A DNA stretch of 64,000 nt from Felis catus (Eukaryota): assembly GCF_018350175.1 (NCBI RefSeq), contig NC_058368.1, positions 10,602,001 to 10,666,000 on the forward strand. The letters run 5' to 3'. The position numbers and the translations under genes were made by a program. The notes under the pieces were generated by a model. It ran no database searches, was not told the DNA's origin, and was given only the letters and a program-made list of their open reading frames with translations. Positions 38,700 to 51,093 of this stretch are shown piece after piece. Every line of letters begins with the position of its first letter. Position 1 is the stretch's first letter.

Positions 38700-39134
38700 G
38701 GCACTATAAGCATAACTAATGCCTACCCACTTTTCAGGGGCCTTTAAAATATTTAAGTCCTACAATTTTTTACTGCCTCTGAAATATGAAAACTACACAT
38801 TGGAAAAATAATGAAAACTCTACCAAATTTAATATTGCCAAGTTTAGGATTCATTAACAAGTCCTTGCATTTGAAAACAACAGGGAGATTCGGTTTTTGT
38901 CATTTCACAAATATTCCCAAGTATGAATGATCACTAGCTGAAAATCATAGCTAATTGCGAGTTAAATAAATCACTTGTTAGAAAATCTTTCCAAAAGCAA
39001 AATTAGAAAAATCCTTGCTAACTTTTGCAACAAAGTTTTGTATTTAATTTGAGAAGTCTGTCCCAAATTAGGTGGAGCAGTGCATTCAAGATTTAAGACT
39101 GTTTGGGGCCTATAAATTTCTTAATATAGCCCTG
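38700..39134. mobile_element. Possible hAT-Tip100 (Zaphod-like) relic
   Basis: Terminus ggggcctataaatttcttaatatagccctg and ttcaggggcc motif. Confidence 0.4.
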
Positions 39135-39499
39135 TGGAAGTGCACTGTATTACTTAGTGAAGTATGCTTTAAAACATGCTTCATTCACCAAAATGGCTTA
39201 CAGGTTTTGAACAAGAGTAGATATGTACGCCCCCCTTCTCGTTTTAGAAGTGAGGACTAATATTTCACAGCACTCCTCGAGAAGTGGAGGGTCTGGTGAA
39301 GTATAGTTATGAAGAGAAATCAGTGAACAAAATCAGTACTTACAGACTATCCATCAAACATCAGCAAAATTAAAAACTATACGCGATTATAAATAAAAGC
39401 CCCAGAAAAGAAGCAAATACTAAAGCATGCAAGAGGTAGACTAAGGGAGGGAAGGGGTGGGGGTAGATAACGGCAAAAGATATTAACTCACTCCATCAT

Positions 39500-40540
39500 T
39501 TACTTCTCTGTCAGTAGATGTTGAGACCCTGGCATGTGTTCCCCACCATGCCAGGCAGGGTGGATACAGTGCTACAATGAAGCAGATCCCACCCATCTGA
39601 TGGTTCTCAGAGTCTAGCAGGGAGGACAGACATGTCACCATAATGTATAAAGCACTGCTACTAGAGGGAAAGTGAAGGGTGCTCTAACCCACTCTGGGGG
39701 TTCAGCAGGGTCCTGTGAGGAAGTGAAATTTAAACTGGATGAAATTTAAACTGACGGGGGTGGGGTGGGGCGCCTGGTTGGTGAAGCGTCTGACTTCAGC
39801 TCAGGTCATGATCTCACAGTTCGTGGGTTCGAGCCCCGCGTTGGGCTCTGTACTGACAGCTCAGAGCCTGGAGCCTGCTTTGGATTCTGTGTCTCCCTCT
39901 CTCCCTGACCCTCCTCTGCTTGTGCTATGTCTCTCTCTGTCTCTCAGAAATGAATAAATGTTAAAAAATAAAATAAAGTAAAGTAAAGTAAAAAATAAAA
40001 TAAAATAAAATAAAATAAAATAAAATAAAATAAATGTTAAAATAAAATAAAGTGGATGAATCAGAATTTGCTCAGTCACATGTTGTTGTCATCAGGATTG
40101 GGGAAAAAACAGCATCACAGGCTGAGAGAAAAATAGCACATGGGAAGGCCTAAAAGCAAAAGGGGATAAGGTGGCATGTTTAAGCTGATAAAGAGGAAAA
40201 TAGGCAGGGGAGCTAGAGGGGTTTGAAAGCCAGGTAGGGAGCTTAGTCTTAACATCTAAAGGCAATGGAAGGTCCCTGAAGGGTTTTGAGCAGGGCTATG
40301 GCCTGGTCAAATGTGTGCGTTAGGAGGAAAACTAGAATAGTTGTGTGATAGAAAGAGTGGAGCAGAAGCAGCCTAGAGCAGAGAGACCAGTGTGGAGGTC
40401 AGGGAAATAATCCAGATAAGGAAAGGCTATTCAGAGTGGGTTGAGGCAGAGTCTACTGATTGAAGAGAAAGGAGAGGCAGAATTGACCGCACTGGGTTAT
40501 GGGAGTAAGCGATGATGCCTAGGTTTGTAACTTCAGAGAC
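39500..40540 (-). mobile_element. L2, interrupted by a SINE
   Basis: gagtctagcagggaggacagac...aaggcaatggaaggtccctgaagggttttgagcaggg. Confidence 0.7.
39767..40047 (+). mobile_element. CAN-SINE with A-box deletion and expanded (TAAAA)n tail
   Basis: ggggcgcctgg joined directly to ttggtgaagcg; TSD taaactggatgaa/taaagtggatgaa. Confidence 0.9.
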
Positions 40541-40720
40541 GAAGACTAGAGCAGACTAGAATGATCTTTTAGCCCTACTAGATAAGGTTACTACCCATTC
40601 GTCAGTGGGAGTAAACTAGAGAATGATACCAGAATCCAGTTCTCTGTATATAAATATGGAAAGTGAATGGTATACTCTAATTCCGGAGCAAAGTTGATCA
40701 TTTTCAATGACAGGAGTTTT

Positions 40721-40747
40721 TTGTTGTTGTTGTTGTTGTTGTTGTTA
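40721..40747. repeat. (GTT)n microsatellite
   Basis: ttgttgttg run. Confidence 0.9.
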
Positions 40748-40929
40748 TTTCTATCATCTTAAAGAATGCCCTGCTCTATATAGCTAGATTTGAGTCTTCT
40801 AACTTACAATTAATCATTAAGATCTTGGAGTGAGCAAAACCAAGTAAATACTGATAGGGAATTCTGACTTAAGAAGGTCTGTTTCTACGTGGATAAATTC
40901 TACATTCTGATTTTGTGTGTGTAAATTGC

Positions 40930-41060
40930 TGTGATTCTCATTACAGTCCTCTGCACTTAGAAGGGCAGATATCACCTAATTGTTTTACAGAAGGGAAACC
41001 AAGTCCAGGAAAGGTGAAGTGAGTTGCATAAGGTAACGTCGAACTAGGATATTTGACTCA
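40930..41060 (-). mobile_element. MIR
   Basis: ttttacagaagggaaaccaag...aggtgaagtgagttgcataagg. Confidence 0.6.
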
Positions 41061-42449
41061 AGTTTTGAGAATTGTTTTTAGTGTAACGCTCTCGTATCTC
41101 CAGCCAACCCCAAAACTGGAAACGGGCCAGTTGGGAAACAAATGACTGCTGTCGGTGGCTAGGGAAGAGACGCTTGGTAGAATAGCAGAAAGCACGTGGT
41201 CAGCAGAAACTCAGTCACTGAGACTCGAGTCCCAGCTCGGCTGTTTCATGAAAAGAATCTGTTCTCTGGGCTTGGGCTGAGACCCTCTGTTTTGTTTGTC
41301 AAATAACGCCCAGGGGGCTCAGAGAAAACATCAACGTTTTCGAAATGATTATATTTTGCACTTTGAGGAGCCGTGTACCTGGAGTACCTAATCTTGAAAA
41401 TGGATGTCTCTGGAGCAACATGGAAGCAGGACAGGCTGAGAGATGAGCGTTGGCGTCCACGCAGTGCCTTGGCACACCACAGGAGCTCAAAAAGGCTGTC
41501 GAGCGAGGGATGGCAGCACGCGGTGCTAGCCGGCCGAACATGACCACGGTCGGTAGATTCTTTCCAAGTTCCCTTTAATGGGATGCTATTTCTGACAGCC
41601 AGCGTTCTCCATTTCACGCTGGGCTGATCAACAAACTTGGAGTTGACTGAATGCCCTTTTAGGCCCATCCACACACAAGGCAGTTGGGTGCAGTTCTGTT
41701 TTTAACAAAACAATGCTATTTACCTAGCTCAGGATGTCGTGTGTGCGTGTGTGCGTTAGCTGCCTGAGTGCTTTTGTTTGTCTTTATCTAAAAAAATATA
41801 TGAGTTCCCATGCAAGTAGGAGATTTGACTTTCTGTAGTTGAAAACCGTTTGGGCTTATGAAGGCACGGCGTGCTGTGTAATCTGTATAACAGGTAGTGT
41901 ACCGTATGTTCGAAACTATACCATGCTTCTGAAAAAGCCCCTCCTTGCACACGTGCTCCTCTGTATGATACACAAAAGATCTCAATCAAATTACACACCA
42001 CTCTTGGAAGAATTTGCGTAAATACGTAGCCAAAGCAGCATCTGTAAGCTTAAGAAAGTGGCTTTTCCCAGCCTAGTCCTCCCCCTTCCTACTTTTCTGG
42101 GAAGATGTTTCAGATAGGCTTGGTGGTAATTTTGCTTCGAGAGCATTTCATGGTCAATTTAGAGTGCGTAAGTCTCGTTGCTTTCCTATTTTAAAAATGT
42201 CAAGCCAATTACTGGCTTGTCAAGGTGCAGAGCCTGCCAGCAGTTTACATCTGCGCTATCTTTTCTTGGCCGTTGTAGGTCCTGGATTGGAGTAAAGGGC
42301 TCTCTGTTCCTCTGATTCTCACGGTGGCAAATTTGGAGCACGATGCTGTCCACATACCACAGGCGTTCCCAACAAGGAAGATGGGGAGTACTGGGTTCCA
42401 TGACCCCTACAGAGCTTCTAGATGCATTTCTTTGATTCTAGACCGGAAG

Positions 42450-42793
42450 TCTAAGGACTGATGGCTAATGGGCTGCTCGTAGAAAGATCTGTTTTGTCCA
42501 CACAGTGTTTTTTTGAAAAATGAATGGATTGGCAATATTTTAACCTGGAGATATTTTACATTGAAATCTCAACCTTAGTCTCTCTGTAAAAATCATTGGG
42601 TTTCCATTATGACATGGTAAGAATCAGCCAGGTTAGTTGAGACTTAGGTTCTTTGCCACATTTTAAATCATTATTAATATCATTTTCTAATCATTGTGCT
42701 TATACCGTAGTATTGTATTTCTCACACCCAGCCTGGCTTTGTTCATTTGTGTTCCCTGTTTGCATCGATAGGCATTTAAATGTGTGACTCATG
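42450..42793 (+). mobile_element. MER102-like hAT-Charlie
   Basis: cacacagtgttttt...ggagatattttacattgaaatc; 3' end cccagcctgg...taggcatttaaatgtgtgactcatg. Confidence 0.6.
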
Positions 42794-42809
42794 TTCTAGT
42801 AGATTTTTA

Positions 42810-43035
42810 ATGTTTTTACATATTTATTTATTTTTGAGAGAGAGAGAGACAGAGACAGAGATAGAGCATGAGCAGGGGAGGGACAAAGAGAGAGAGGGAG
42901 ACACAGAATCCGAAGTAGGCTCCAGGCTCTGAGCTGTCAGCACAGAGCCCAACACAGGGCCTAAACCCATGAACTGTGAGATCATGACCTGAGCCAAAGT
43001 TGGACGCTTAACTGACTGAGCCACCTAGGTGCTCC
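42810..43035 (-). mobile_element. CAN-SINE
   Basis: TSD tctagtagattttta on both sides. Confidence 0.95.
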
Positions 43036-43151
43036 TCTAGTAGATTTTTATTTAAAAGCCTTGATTAAGCTTTAAATGACTGCTTTAAGCTAACAAGAAC
43101 TAAAACTTGTCTGTAGACTATGCATTTAAGTTTGGAAAAAAAGGCATAAAC

Positions 43152-43390
43152 GTTCATTCATTCATTCAACATATTTTACCGTCCTTTCTGCGTTCAAGAC
43201 GTTGTTCTAAACATTGCGATACAATGATACAAAACAATCCCCATCCTTGCCCTCAAGATTTTATAATCCAATTATAATATCATTATTATAATAATTGGTA
43301 ACTACAGTTCAATTCAGTGATAAAAATGGTGGATATGCGCTCTGAGAAAGGAAATGGTTGCTATGGGAAAGTGGAAGAGGAACCTTAATC
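43152..43390 (-). mobile_element. L2 3' end
   Basis: ttcattcattcattcaacatattt...ccttgccctcaag. Confidence 0.7.
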
Positions 43391-43914
43391 CACACAAAAC
43401 AACTGTGGAAACTTTCCAAAACACACCAGATTCTGTTTGCTCGTGGAGTGAGAACATAATATGATGCTCTGAAGAATACCTATTCTGAAGGACTGGGAGA
43501 TGACACACAGAATTACCTGGAATGCTTGTTTTCTGAGACTCAGATTTAACGGTGAGGCTGTAATGAACACAAGTCAACCATCTTTTGATGGCTATGAGTT
43601 AATCTCATGATATCACTGAGTCTCCAGACTCTCTTCAGAAGCATCAGTCATCACTGTACCATTTTATGTAACTGAAAAAATCCTTCAATCTTTCTGGTTC
43701 TCACCATCCCCTTCTGTAAACAACCTCTAGAGTCCTTTACAGCAATAAAGTCCTATGATGTATGAATGAAAGGGCTAAAAATACATGACAAAGGATTTAG
43801 GGTATTATATTTTCTGCATTTGTGGGTACCAAAGTATCTTTGAAGTATGGTGTAAGTTTGCTAAGGTGAACTTTTAAACTCCAGATCTTGAATAAACTTG
43901 AGGATTTAGTTTAT

Positions 43915-44126
43915 TTAAAACTTTTTTTTAACGTTTATTTATTTTTGAAAGAGCGGGAGATAGAACATAAGTGGGAGAGAGGTACAGAGAGAGGGAGACA
44001 CAGAATCTGAAGCAGGCTCCAGACTCTGAGCTGTCAGCACCGAAGTGGGGCTTGAACTCATGAACCGTGAGATCGTGACCTGAGCCGAAGTCAGACACGT
44101 AACCGACTGAGCCACCCAGGCGCCTC
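43915..44126 (-). mobile_element. CAN-SINE
   Basis: TSD aggatttagttta/aggatttaattta. Confidence 0.95.
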
Positions 44127-45809
44127 AAGGATTTAATTTAATGGAGAGAACATAAAAGACTATTCTAGGGTGGATATGAACCACAAAGACAAAGGTATGA
44201 AATAATATTGGAATAGGCAAACCACAGGGTACAAGCTAGTGAGAGAGTTGACACCAGGAAAGAGCAGGAGAGGAGCTCAGAGAGATCTAGTGAGGTCTGT
44301 AAGTTGAATGGATTGGATCCTAGGGTATGGAATCTAGTCTTGATCCAATAAGAAGCATTGAAATAGTGGTTTTAGATGATTCTTTGAACAATTATGCAGA
44401 CCAGGCTACTTTCCCATCACCCTCAACACCACTGATTGACAATTTGCAAATTACCCGCCTAGCGTCTGGACAGTCTCCTTAATTCTTGTGCAATAAAAGC
44501 TCAGTAGCTTTAAGGTCTTGAAGGAATTAGTCATGGCCTAACATCAATTGAGCTGTGATAAATCAAACTGTGACTGAAATGAACTCACAAATGCAAGCGG
44601 CCTTACAGATAGATCTATTTTTCTAAAAGCCAATGGCTGAAAATTTTTCAGCAGTCTACAGTCTGAGTCAATACTAGATAAATTGCCATAGCCAGACATT
44701 CTTCCTCCCGTCCTTGGCTAAGAAAGTACAAAAGATCTGTTAACAACAGATAAAAATATGAAAGGAATAGAGTTAATTGATTTTCAGGCTCTCTGACTTA
44801 CAATACGATCTACCTGGTTATTTATAAATGGCAGGTAGGGCATCATTTTCCTGGATTCTTTGGTTGAAGAAGTTTGAGACAGTTTTAAGAAGTCTTTCAC
44901 CTTTTTTTTAAAGTAAAAAATGAAAAAGAGGATAGTAATTTGCTATACTGATACAGGAGAATTGGGGTCATAAATGCCAAAAGATGATTTCTAAATTAAG
45001 ATGATGTAAAACACAAGGATAAAACAACCGCCTGGCCACAATCTCTGGCTATACCAGAACATTAAGTTGAACAATCGCGGCTTCCTTCAGTCCTTTACAG
45101 TACCCTCAGAAACAGTTTTCTTTAATTATTTTATTTTTTTCTAGATTTGAAAATCATTCATTCAGCAGGACGCTAGCCAACAGAGGCAGACTCTAAGCTC
45201 AACTTAGAAATTCCTCGGAAAAATACGTAGAGCCTACCCCTATGTGTTGCCGTCCTCATTTTGAGAAATCTTGTAAGTTTTCTTTTGTTTATCTCCAAGG
45301 ATGAACTGAATTCTACACCAGCTTTGCCGGTAGTTCAAGGGCCATATCTCAAAGCAAAGGAAAAGACAAGTTACCTTAAGGTTTCAAGAACCTTAATATT
45401 TTTGGTCGGGAAATGGAAGATAAATAAGTGGGAAGTTATATGTCTGAACGATTCGGAGTCAGTGTGTTGATACTTTGAAAATATTTATGGTGTGGATGGC
45501 ACAAGATCAATCACAGTTTACCAGGCTTAAAGTTGGGACCCTTGCTCTAATCAGAACTGCTTTGTGCCACCGAAAAATAGAAGCTCGTGGCACTAAAACT
45601 TTTGTGCTTTATTGGATGTCACCTGACATACCTGAGGTGTGGCCCACTTGCTACAGGGGCTGGGTTGGGCATTTGCTCTATGCGCACAGGACTCTTGTAA
45701 ATAAAATTACATTTTAAACGTGATTAAGGAAGCTTTGATTTGAAGCATGCTATCTTTCAATCCACCCTCTTTATCATCTCTAAAATGATCTTTTTAAAAC
45801 ATTTGAAAA

Positions 45810-46021
45810 GGGGTGCCTGGGTGGCTCAGTCAGTTGAGCGTCCGACTTCAGCTCAGGTCACGATCTCGCGGTCCGTGAGTTCGAGCCCCGCGTCAGGCTC
45901 TGGGCTGATGGCTCAGAGCCTAGAGCCTGCTTCCATTCTGTGTCTCCCCCTCTCTTTGCCCCTCCCCCGTTCATGCTTTGTCTCTCTCTGTCTCAAAAAT
46001 AAATAAAACGTTAAAAAAAAA
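45810..46021 (+). mobile_element. CAN-SINE
   Basis: TSD tttaaaacatttgaaa on both sides. Confidence 0.95.
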
Positions 46022-46710
46022 TTTAAAACATTTGAAAGCAGAACACACCATTCTTGTTAAAAATGCTCAGTGATTTCCCGTCGCTTCTACCTAAGCTATC
46101 TGTCTCCAGAAACTTCGGTTTCTCCACTCCGATTATAACCACAACAACCACCTTTTCCTCCTGTGACACAAAGTGAGGATTATTCCTAATATCCCGTGAG
46201 CCCGTTGGTTATTATATCGAAGTGGTCTTCTTGATTGGAACACCATGAACACAGCGGAAACCATGGCGACACATGGATTTTTTTTTTTTTTTAAATACTT
46301 GCTTACTTTTCTATTGTGTCATCCTTTAGGAGAGCTATCCTTTTGTGGTCTGGTGAACCCATTCATTTCCACTTGAATCAACACTTTCTGTTTATAAACG
46401 TGCCCAACATCTGTAACAGTTAACTGTCCTGATCACTGTATTCCTATGGTATTTGAACTTCTATTATAACAATTGAATGTGACTATCATGTCAGAACACG
46501 CTGGTCTCCTCTCCTACACTCTGAGATCCGGGAGGCGGTGGATCCTGTGTTACACCACCTTGTGTCTACAGTGCCTGAAATATAGACTGCTCTTAAATAA
46601 ATTAATAAAACAATGGTGAATCTTTTTATAAAACAAAAGGCTCTTTTTGTAATGCAAATCACCATCCCCTAATCCATTTGGTTTATGAGTTTAGATGTTT
46701 GTCTGCTAGG

Positions 46711-46744
46711 TTTTTTTTTTTTTGTTTTATTTATTTTTGAGAGA

Positions 46745-46781
<37 letters not shown>

Positions 46782-46961
46782 GGAGGGAGCGAGCAAGCAT
46801 GGGAGGGACAGAGAGAGGGAGACACAGAATCTGAAGACAGGCTCCAGACACTGAGCTAGTTGTCAGCACAGAGCCCGACGCAGGGCTCAAACCCACGAAC
46901 CGCGAGATCATGACCTGAACCGAAGTCGGACGCTTAACCGACCGAGCCACCCAGGCGCCCC
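46711..46961 (-). mobile_element. CAN-SINE with expanded GA repeat
   Basis: TSD core tgctaggt; full head. Confidence 0.95.
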
Positions 46962-47071
46962 TGCTAGGTGTTTGTTAATTGTGGTACAACAAGATGGTCA
47001 TGTAGCTTCAGAGAGAATAATAGGAGATTTTTCTCAGATATTTTTATACTTGATACAGTGATTTATCTACT

Positions 47072-47110
47072 GGAATGTCAAAAGGAAGTGACTAAGGAAT
47101 GACTGGAATG
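47072..47110. promoter_or_regulatory. Candidate TEAD/ETS/AP-1 motif cluster
   Basis: GGAATG x3 (two separated by 3 bp), GGAAGT and TGACTAA within 39 bp; motif match only. Confidence 0.3.
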
Positions 47111-48130
47111 ACTTAGGAAAGTGGTGGAAAGGAAAATGAAAATCCTAGGCTTTAATCAATTTTGTTATTAATTTTTCAACCTCTGTTGTCTTAACAGACT
47201 GGAAAAGGTGTAATAAAATTGTCTGGTTTGAGCTTCCTTTCTTCATTCCTAGAAGAGGTATCATTATCTAGGGCAATGTCCAGAAGGCTGGAAATACTTT
47301 GGGGAAGGAAGTCCTTGCTTAGCTATTCTAGCACACCAGTTGCCAATATCTTTTCCTGTCCCCTTCATCAATTCGGCTTTAGCTGACATTTCCTGAAAAA
47401 CACACCTCAAAATTCCTTCCCTCCAGGAGGCCTCCTTTGATCAACCCCTCAGTGCATAGGTTTCCAGTTTGAACAAAATGCGTTTCCTTTGTTGTTATTT
47501 TGCTTTGTAAACATTCTTAAGCAATTCATGTCTGTTCAGGATTCCTAATTATAATGAAATAATCTTTCTCAGGGAAACATGTACGTGTTCCATTTCTTTG
47601 ATATCTTTTTTCTATACCCAAAAGCAACCAGCAGAAGATTCACCTAATGTTGACAAATAAATATATCTGTAGGAAATATTTACCGTATCTTCAAACTTTC
47701 TCATTTCCAACCATCCCTCATTAAGTGATATATGGCATATTTAATTCTGATGATTTCTTTCTTTTATTAATTTTGAAAATATCATAGCATCTCTTAATAT
47801 TAATTGGAAGTCCTAAATTGCAAAAAATAAAGCCTTGTGATGCTGTATCTCAAAACCAGAATAGCACAAATATTGTGGCAAATCCAAAAGCCTGGGCTTT
47901 AGGCCTGGTTTTATCCTGATAGCGATTACTTTGCATTATTAATTACTATGCATCATTATTTCAGTTTCCAAATATGTAAAACAGAAATGATAAAAATAAT
48001 AACACTCTGCCACTGTCATACAATAGGTGGATAGATTATTCAGATAGAGTGGAAATGCTTCAAGAAGAATAAGCCACTACCTTTGAAGCATCCTCATTTC
48101 CTTCCATGTGTTGTACATGACATTGGCGCT

Positions 48131-48332
48131 CAGTCGTGTGCTGATACATTGGCTCTCTGGGAAGAAAAAAAAAAAAAGGACCCACTTTATAGCATTTACT
48201 GTTTGTTCTCTGTGGTGTAAATACCACCCCTATGGTTGCTTTCAAGTTATCGACAGTTTAACAACCAGCTTGCGAAATTCTTGACTATTTGACAGTTGGT
48301 TCCTGATTTAGGCTGACTTTAACCCTCTACTT
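48131..48332 (-). mobile_element. MER63A-like hAT-Blackjack
   Basis: cagtcgtgtgctgatacattggctctctgg...tgtggtgtaaatacc...ttcaag...tttaacaaccagcttgcgaaattc. Confidence 0.7.
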
Positions 48333-49709
48333 TGACATATTAAATTAGATGACACAATACCCAATCCCCCAAATCAGTCCTTTTCAATATGAGAAAGTGA
48401 AGATTACTCCTAACTCTCACATAAGTCCTTCTATTGTTATAGCTATGTGGTATTCTAGGGTTGGACCACCATGAATGCAGGGGATACACAGTGAGAAAAA
48501 AAATGAGCCCATTGGAGAGGTTCCAAGATGGCCAAGATGTCAGTGTAAGAAGACTCTGAATGCAAGTTCTCCTCTGGACACTCTGTATCGATGAATCTAT
48601 ACCTATATAGAGAGTAATTCCTCCTGAAGAGCTGAGGACTGGTTGAACAGCTTCTGCACAACAAACAAGAAACATCAGTACACATACAGAAGAGTAGGAG
48701 AGAAGGAGGTCACCCCAACACGGTAACCTGTGCATAGACTTGCCCGCCCTGGAGCACGGCAAAAAAAGAACAGTTTAAAGAGCAATTAGACTATAAGTGA
48801 AAGAAATCCATTTACAAATCCTAGAGTGTTCACCAAAAGGTCAGGGAATTACTGGAACTTGTTCTGGGGTCAAAGACACTAGTGGTGGCCATTTTTTAGT
48901 TCCTTTCTAACTTGATAGTGGGATAGGAGCAGAGTCCCTCTAGCCAGTCTACTAGAACTACCTCAGCACACCCTGGGTCCCTGGTCCATACCAGCTCCAG
49001 CTGACCACCCCCTCCCCCTGCCATTGTAGCCCTGGTGCAGTGTGCCCTGGGCCCCCCTGTCCACACCACGCCCAAGCTCCAGGCATCCTGTCAAGATGGC
49101 CCCGGTGCAGCATGCCCTCTCTCTCTCAAAAGAAAAAAAGAATTCTGTAATTATACTAAAAACTACTGAACTATATAATTTAAATACATAAATGTTATAG
49201 TATGTAAACTGTAAAAAACAAAAGCCATAAAAGGCAGCAAGAGAAAAATAAAGAGTCACATGCAAAGAAAACCCCAGAAAGCTATCAGCTTATTTTTCAA
49301 AAAAAAAAAAAAAAAAATTCACAGGCCAGAAAAGAGTGGCAGGATACATTTGAAGACATGAAAGGAAAAAAAAAATTAAAACTAAGAATACTCTAATCAG
49401 CAAGATTATCATTCAGAGTTAAAGGAGAGGTAAAGATTTTCCTACACAAATAAAACGAAAAGAGTACATTAGTACCAAATCAGACTTACAAGAGATGTTA
49501 AAGGTCTTCTTTAAGTGGAAAAAAGGTCATAACTAAGAATAAAATATATGAAAAAAATCTTACCGGTAAAAGCATTTACATAGTAAAGGCAGTGGATGGC
49601 CATTTTAAAAGCTGGTATAAAGATTAAAAAGCAAAAGTAGTCAAATCAGCTGTAAACACAATAAGTACATAAGGGATACACAAAATAAAAAGATGCAAAA
49701 TATCATGTC

Positions 49710-49759
49710 AAAAATATAAAATTGGAGGGGAGGTAAAAATATAAAATTGGAGGGGAGGT
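49710..49759. repeat. Perfect 25-bp tandem duplication inside L1
   Basis: aaaaatataaaattggaggggaggt x2. Confidence 0.9.
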
Positions 49760-49825
49760 AAAAAAAAAATATGCTGCTTTTGGAATGCATATAAAACATA
49801 AGTGATTATCAAGTCAAATAGACCA

Positions 49826-49995
49826 CTATCTATCTACCTACATATATATCTATATATCTATATATCTATACATATACATGTATCTACACACATATACATG
49901 TAAATATACAAGCATATATTAAAAATATATTATATATTAATTTATATATACAAGTATATAAATATGTAAATACATATAAGTATATAAATATATAA
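49826..49995. repeat. TA-rich low-complexity tract inside L1
   Basis: tatatatc/tataca repeats. Confidence 0.85.
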
Positions 49996-50873
49996 CAAGA
50001 CTCATCTCTATGCTGCCTACAGGAGACTCACTTCAGATTTAAGACAGACATACTGAAAGAGAAGGGATGGAAAAAGATATTCCAGGCAAATGGAAATGAA
50101 AAGAAAGCTGAGATAGCTATATGTATATCAGACATTTCAAAACAAAGACTGTAACAAAGACAAAAAAGGGCACTGCAAAATGACAAACAGATTAAGCCAA
50201 GAAGAAGACATAACATTTGTAAATATTTATTTACCCAACATAGAAGTACCTAAATATATAAAACAAATATTAACAGACCTAAAGGGAGGAATTAACAATG
50301 ATACAATAATAGTAAATGACTTAACACCTTAACACATAACATCAATGGATACATCATCCAGAAAGAAAATCAATATGGAAACATTGGCCTTAAATGACAC
50401 TTAGACCAGAAGGACTTAATAGTTATATATAGAACATTTCATTTCCAAACTGCAGAATATATATTCTTTCCAAGTGCAAATGGAACATTCTCCAGAACAG
50501 ATTAAGTCTTAATAAATTCAAGAAGACTGAAGTTATATCAAACATCTTCTCTGACAATACTATGAAACTAGAAATCAAGAGAAGAAAACTGAAAAAACAC
50601 AAACATGTGGATACTAAAAATACCAATAAACAACCAATGTGTCAATGAAGAAATCAAAGAGGAAACCAAAAAATACCTTGAGACAAGTAAAAATGAAAAC
50701 ACAATTTTCCAAAATCTATGGGACACTGCAAAAGCAGTTCTAAGAGGAAAGATGATAGCAATACAGACCTACCTCAAGAAACAAAAAAAAAAAATCTCAA
50801 ATAAACAATATAATTGTATACCTAAATGAGCTAGCAAAAGAAGAACAAAGCCCAAAATCAGTAGAAGAAAGGA

Positions 50874-51093
50874 GGGGCGCCTGGGTGGCTGAGTCAGTTA
50901 AGTGTCCAACTCTGACTCTTGATTTCAGCTCAGGTCATGATCTCACGGTTCATGAGATTGAGCCCTGTGTTAGGCTCTGCACTGACAGTGCAGAGTCTGC
51001 TTGGGATTCTCTCTCTTCCTCTCTCTCTGCCCCTCCCCTGCTCGCTTGCTCTCTAAATAAATAAATAAACAAACAAACAAATAAATAAATAAA
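50874..51093 (+). mobile_element. CAN-SINE nested in L1 ORF2
   Basis: Head ggggcgcctgggtggctgagtc; (TAAA)/(CAAA) tail. Confidence 0.93.

Noticed and set aside
41246..41674. 142-aa minus-strand ORF as a CDS
   Set aside because: Non-ATG start, no recognisable domain and no supporting exon structure
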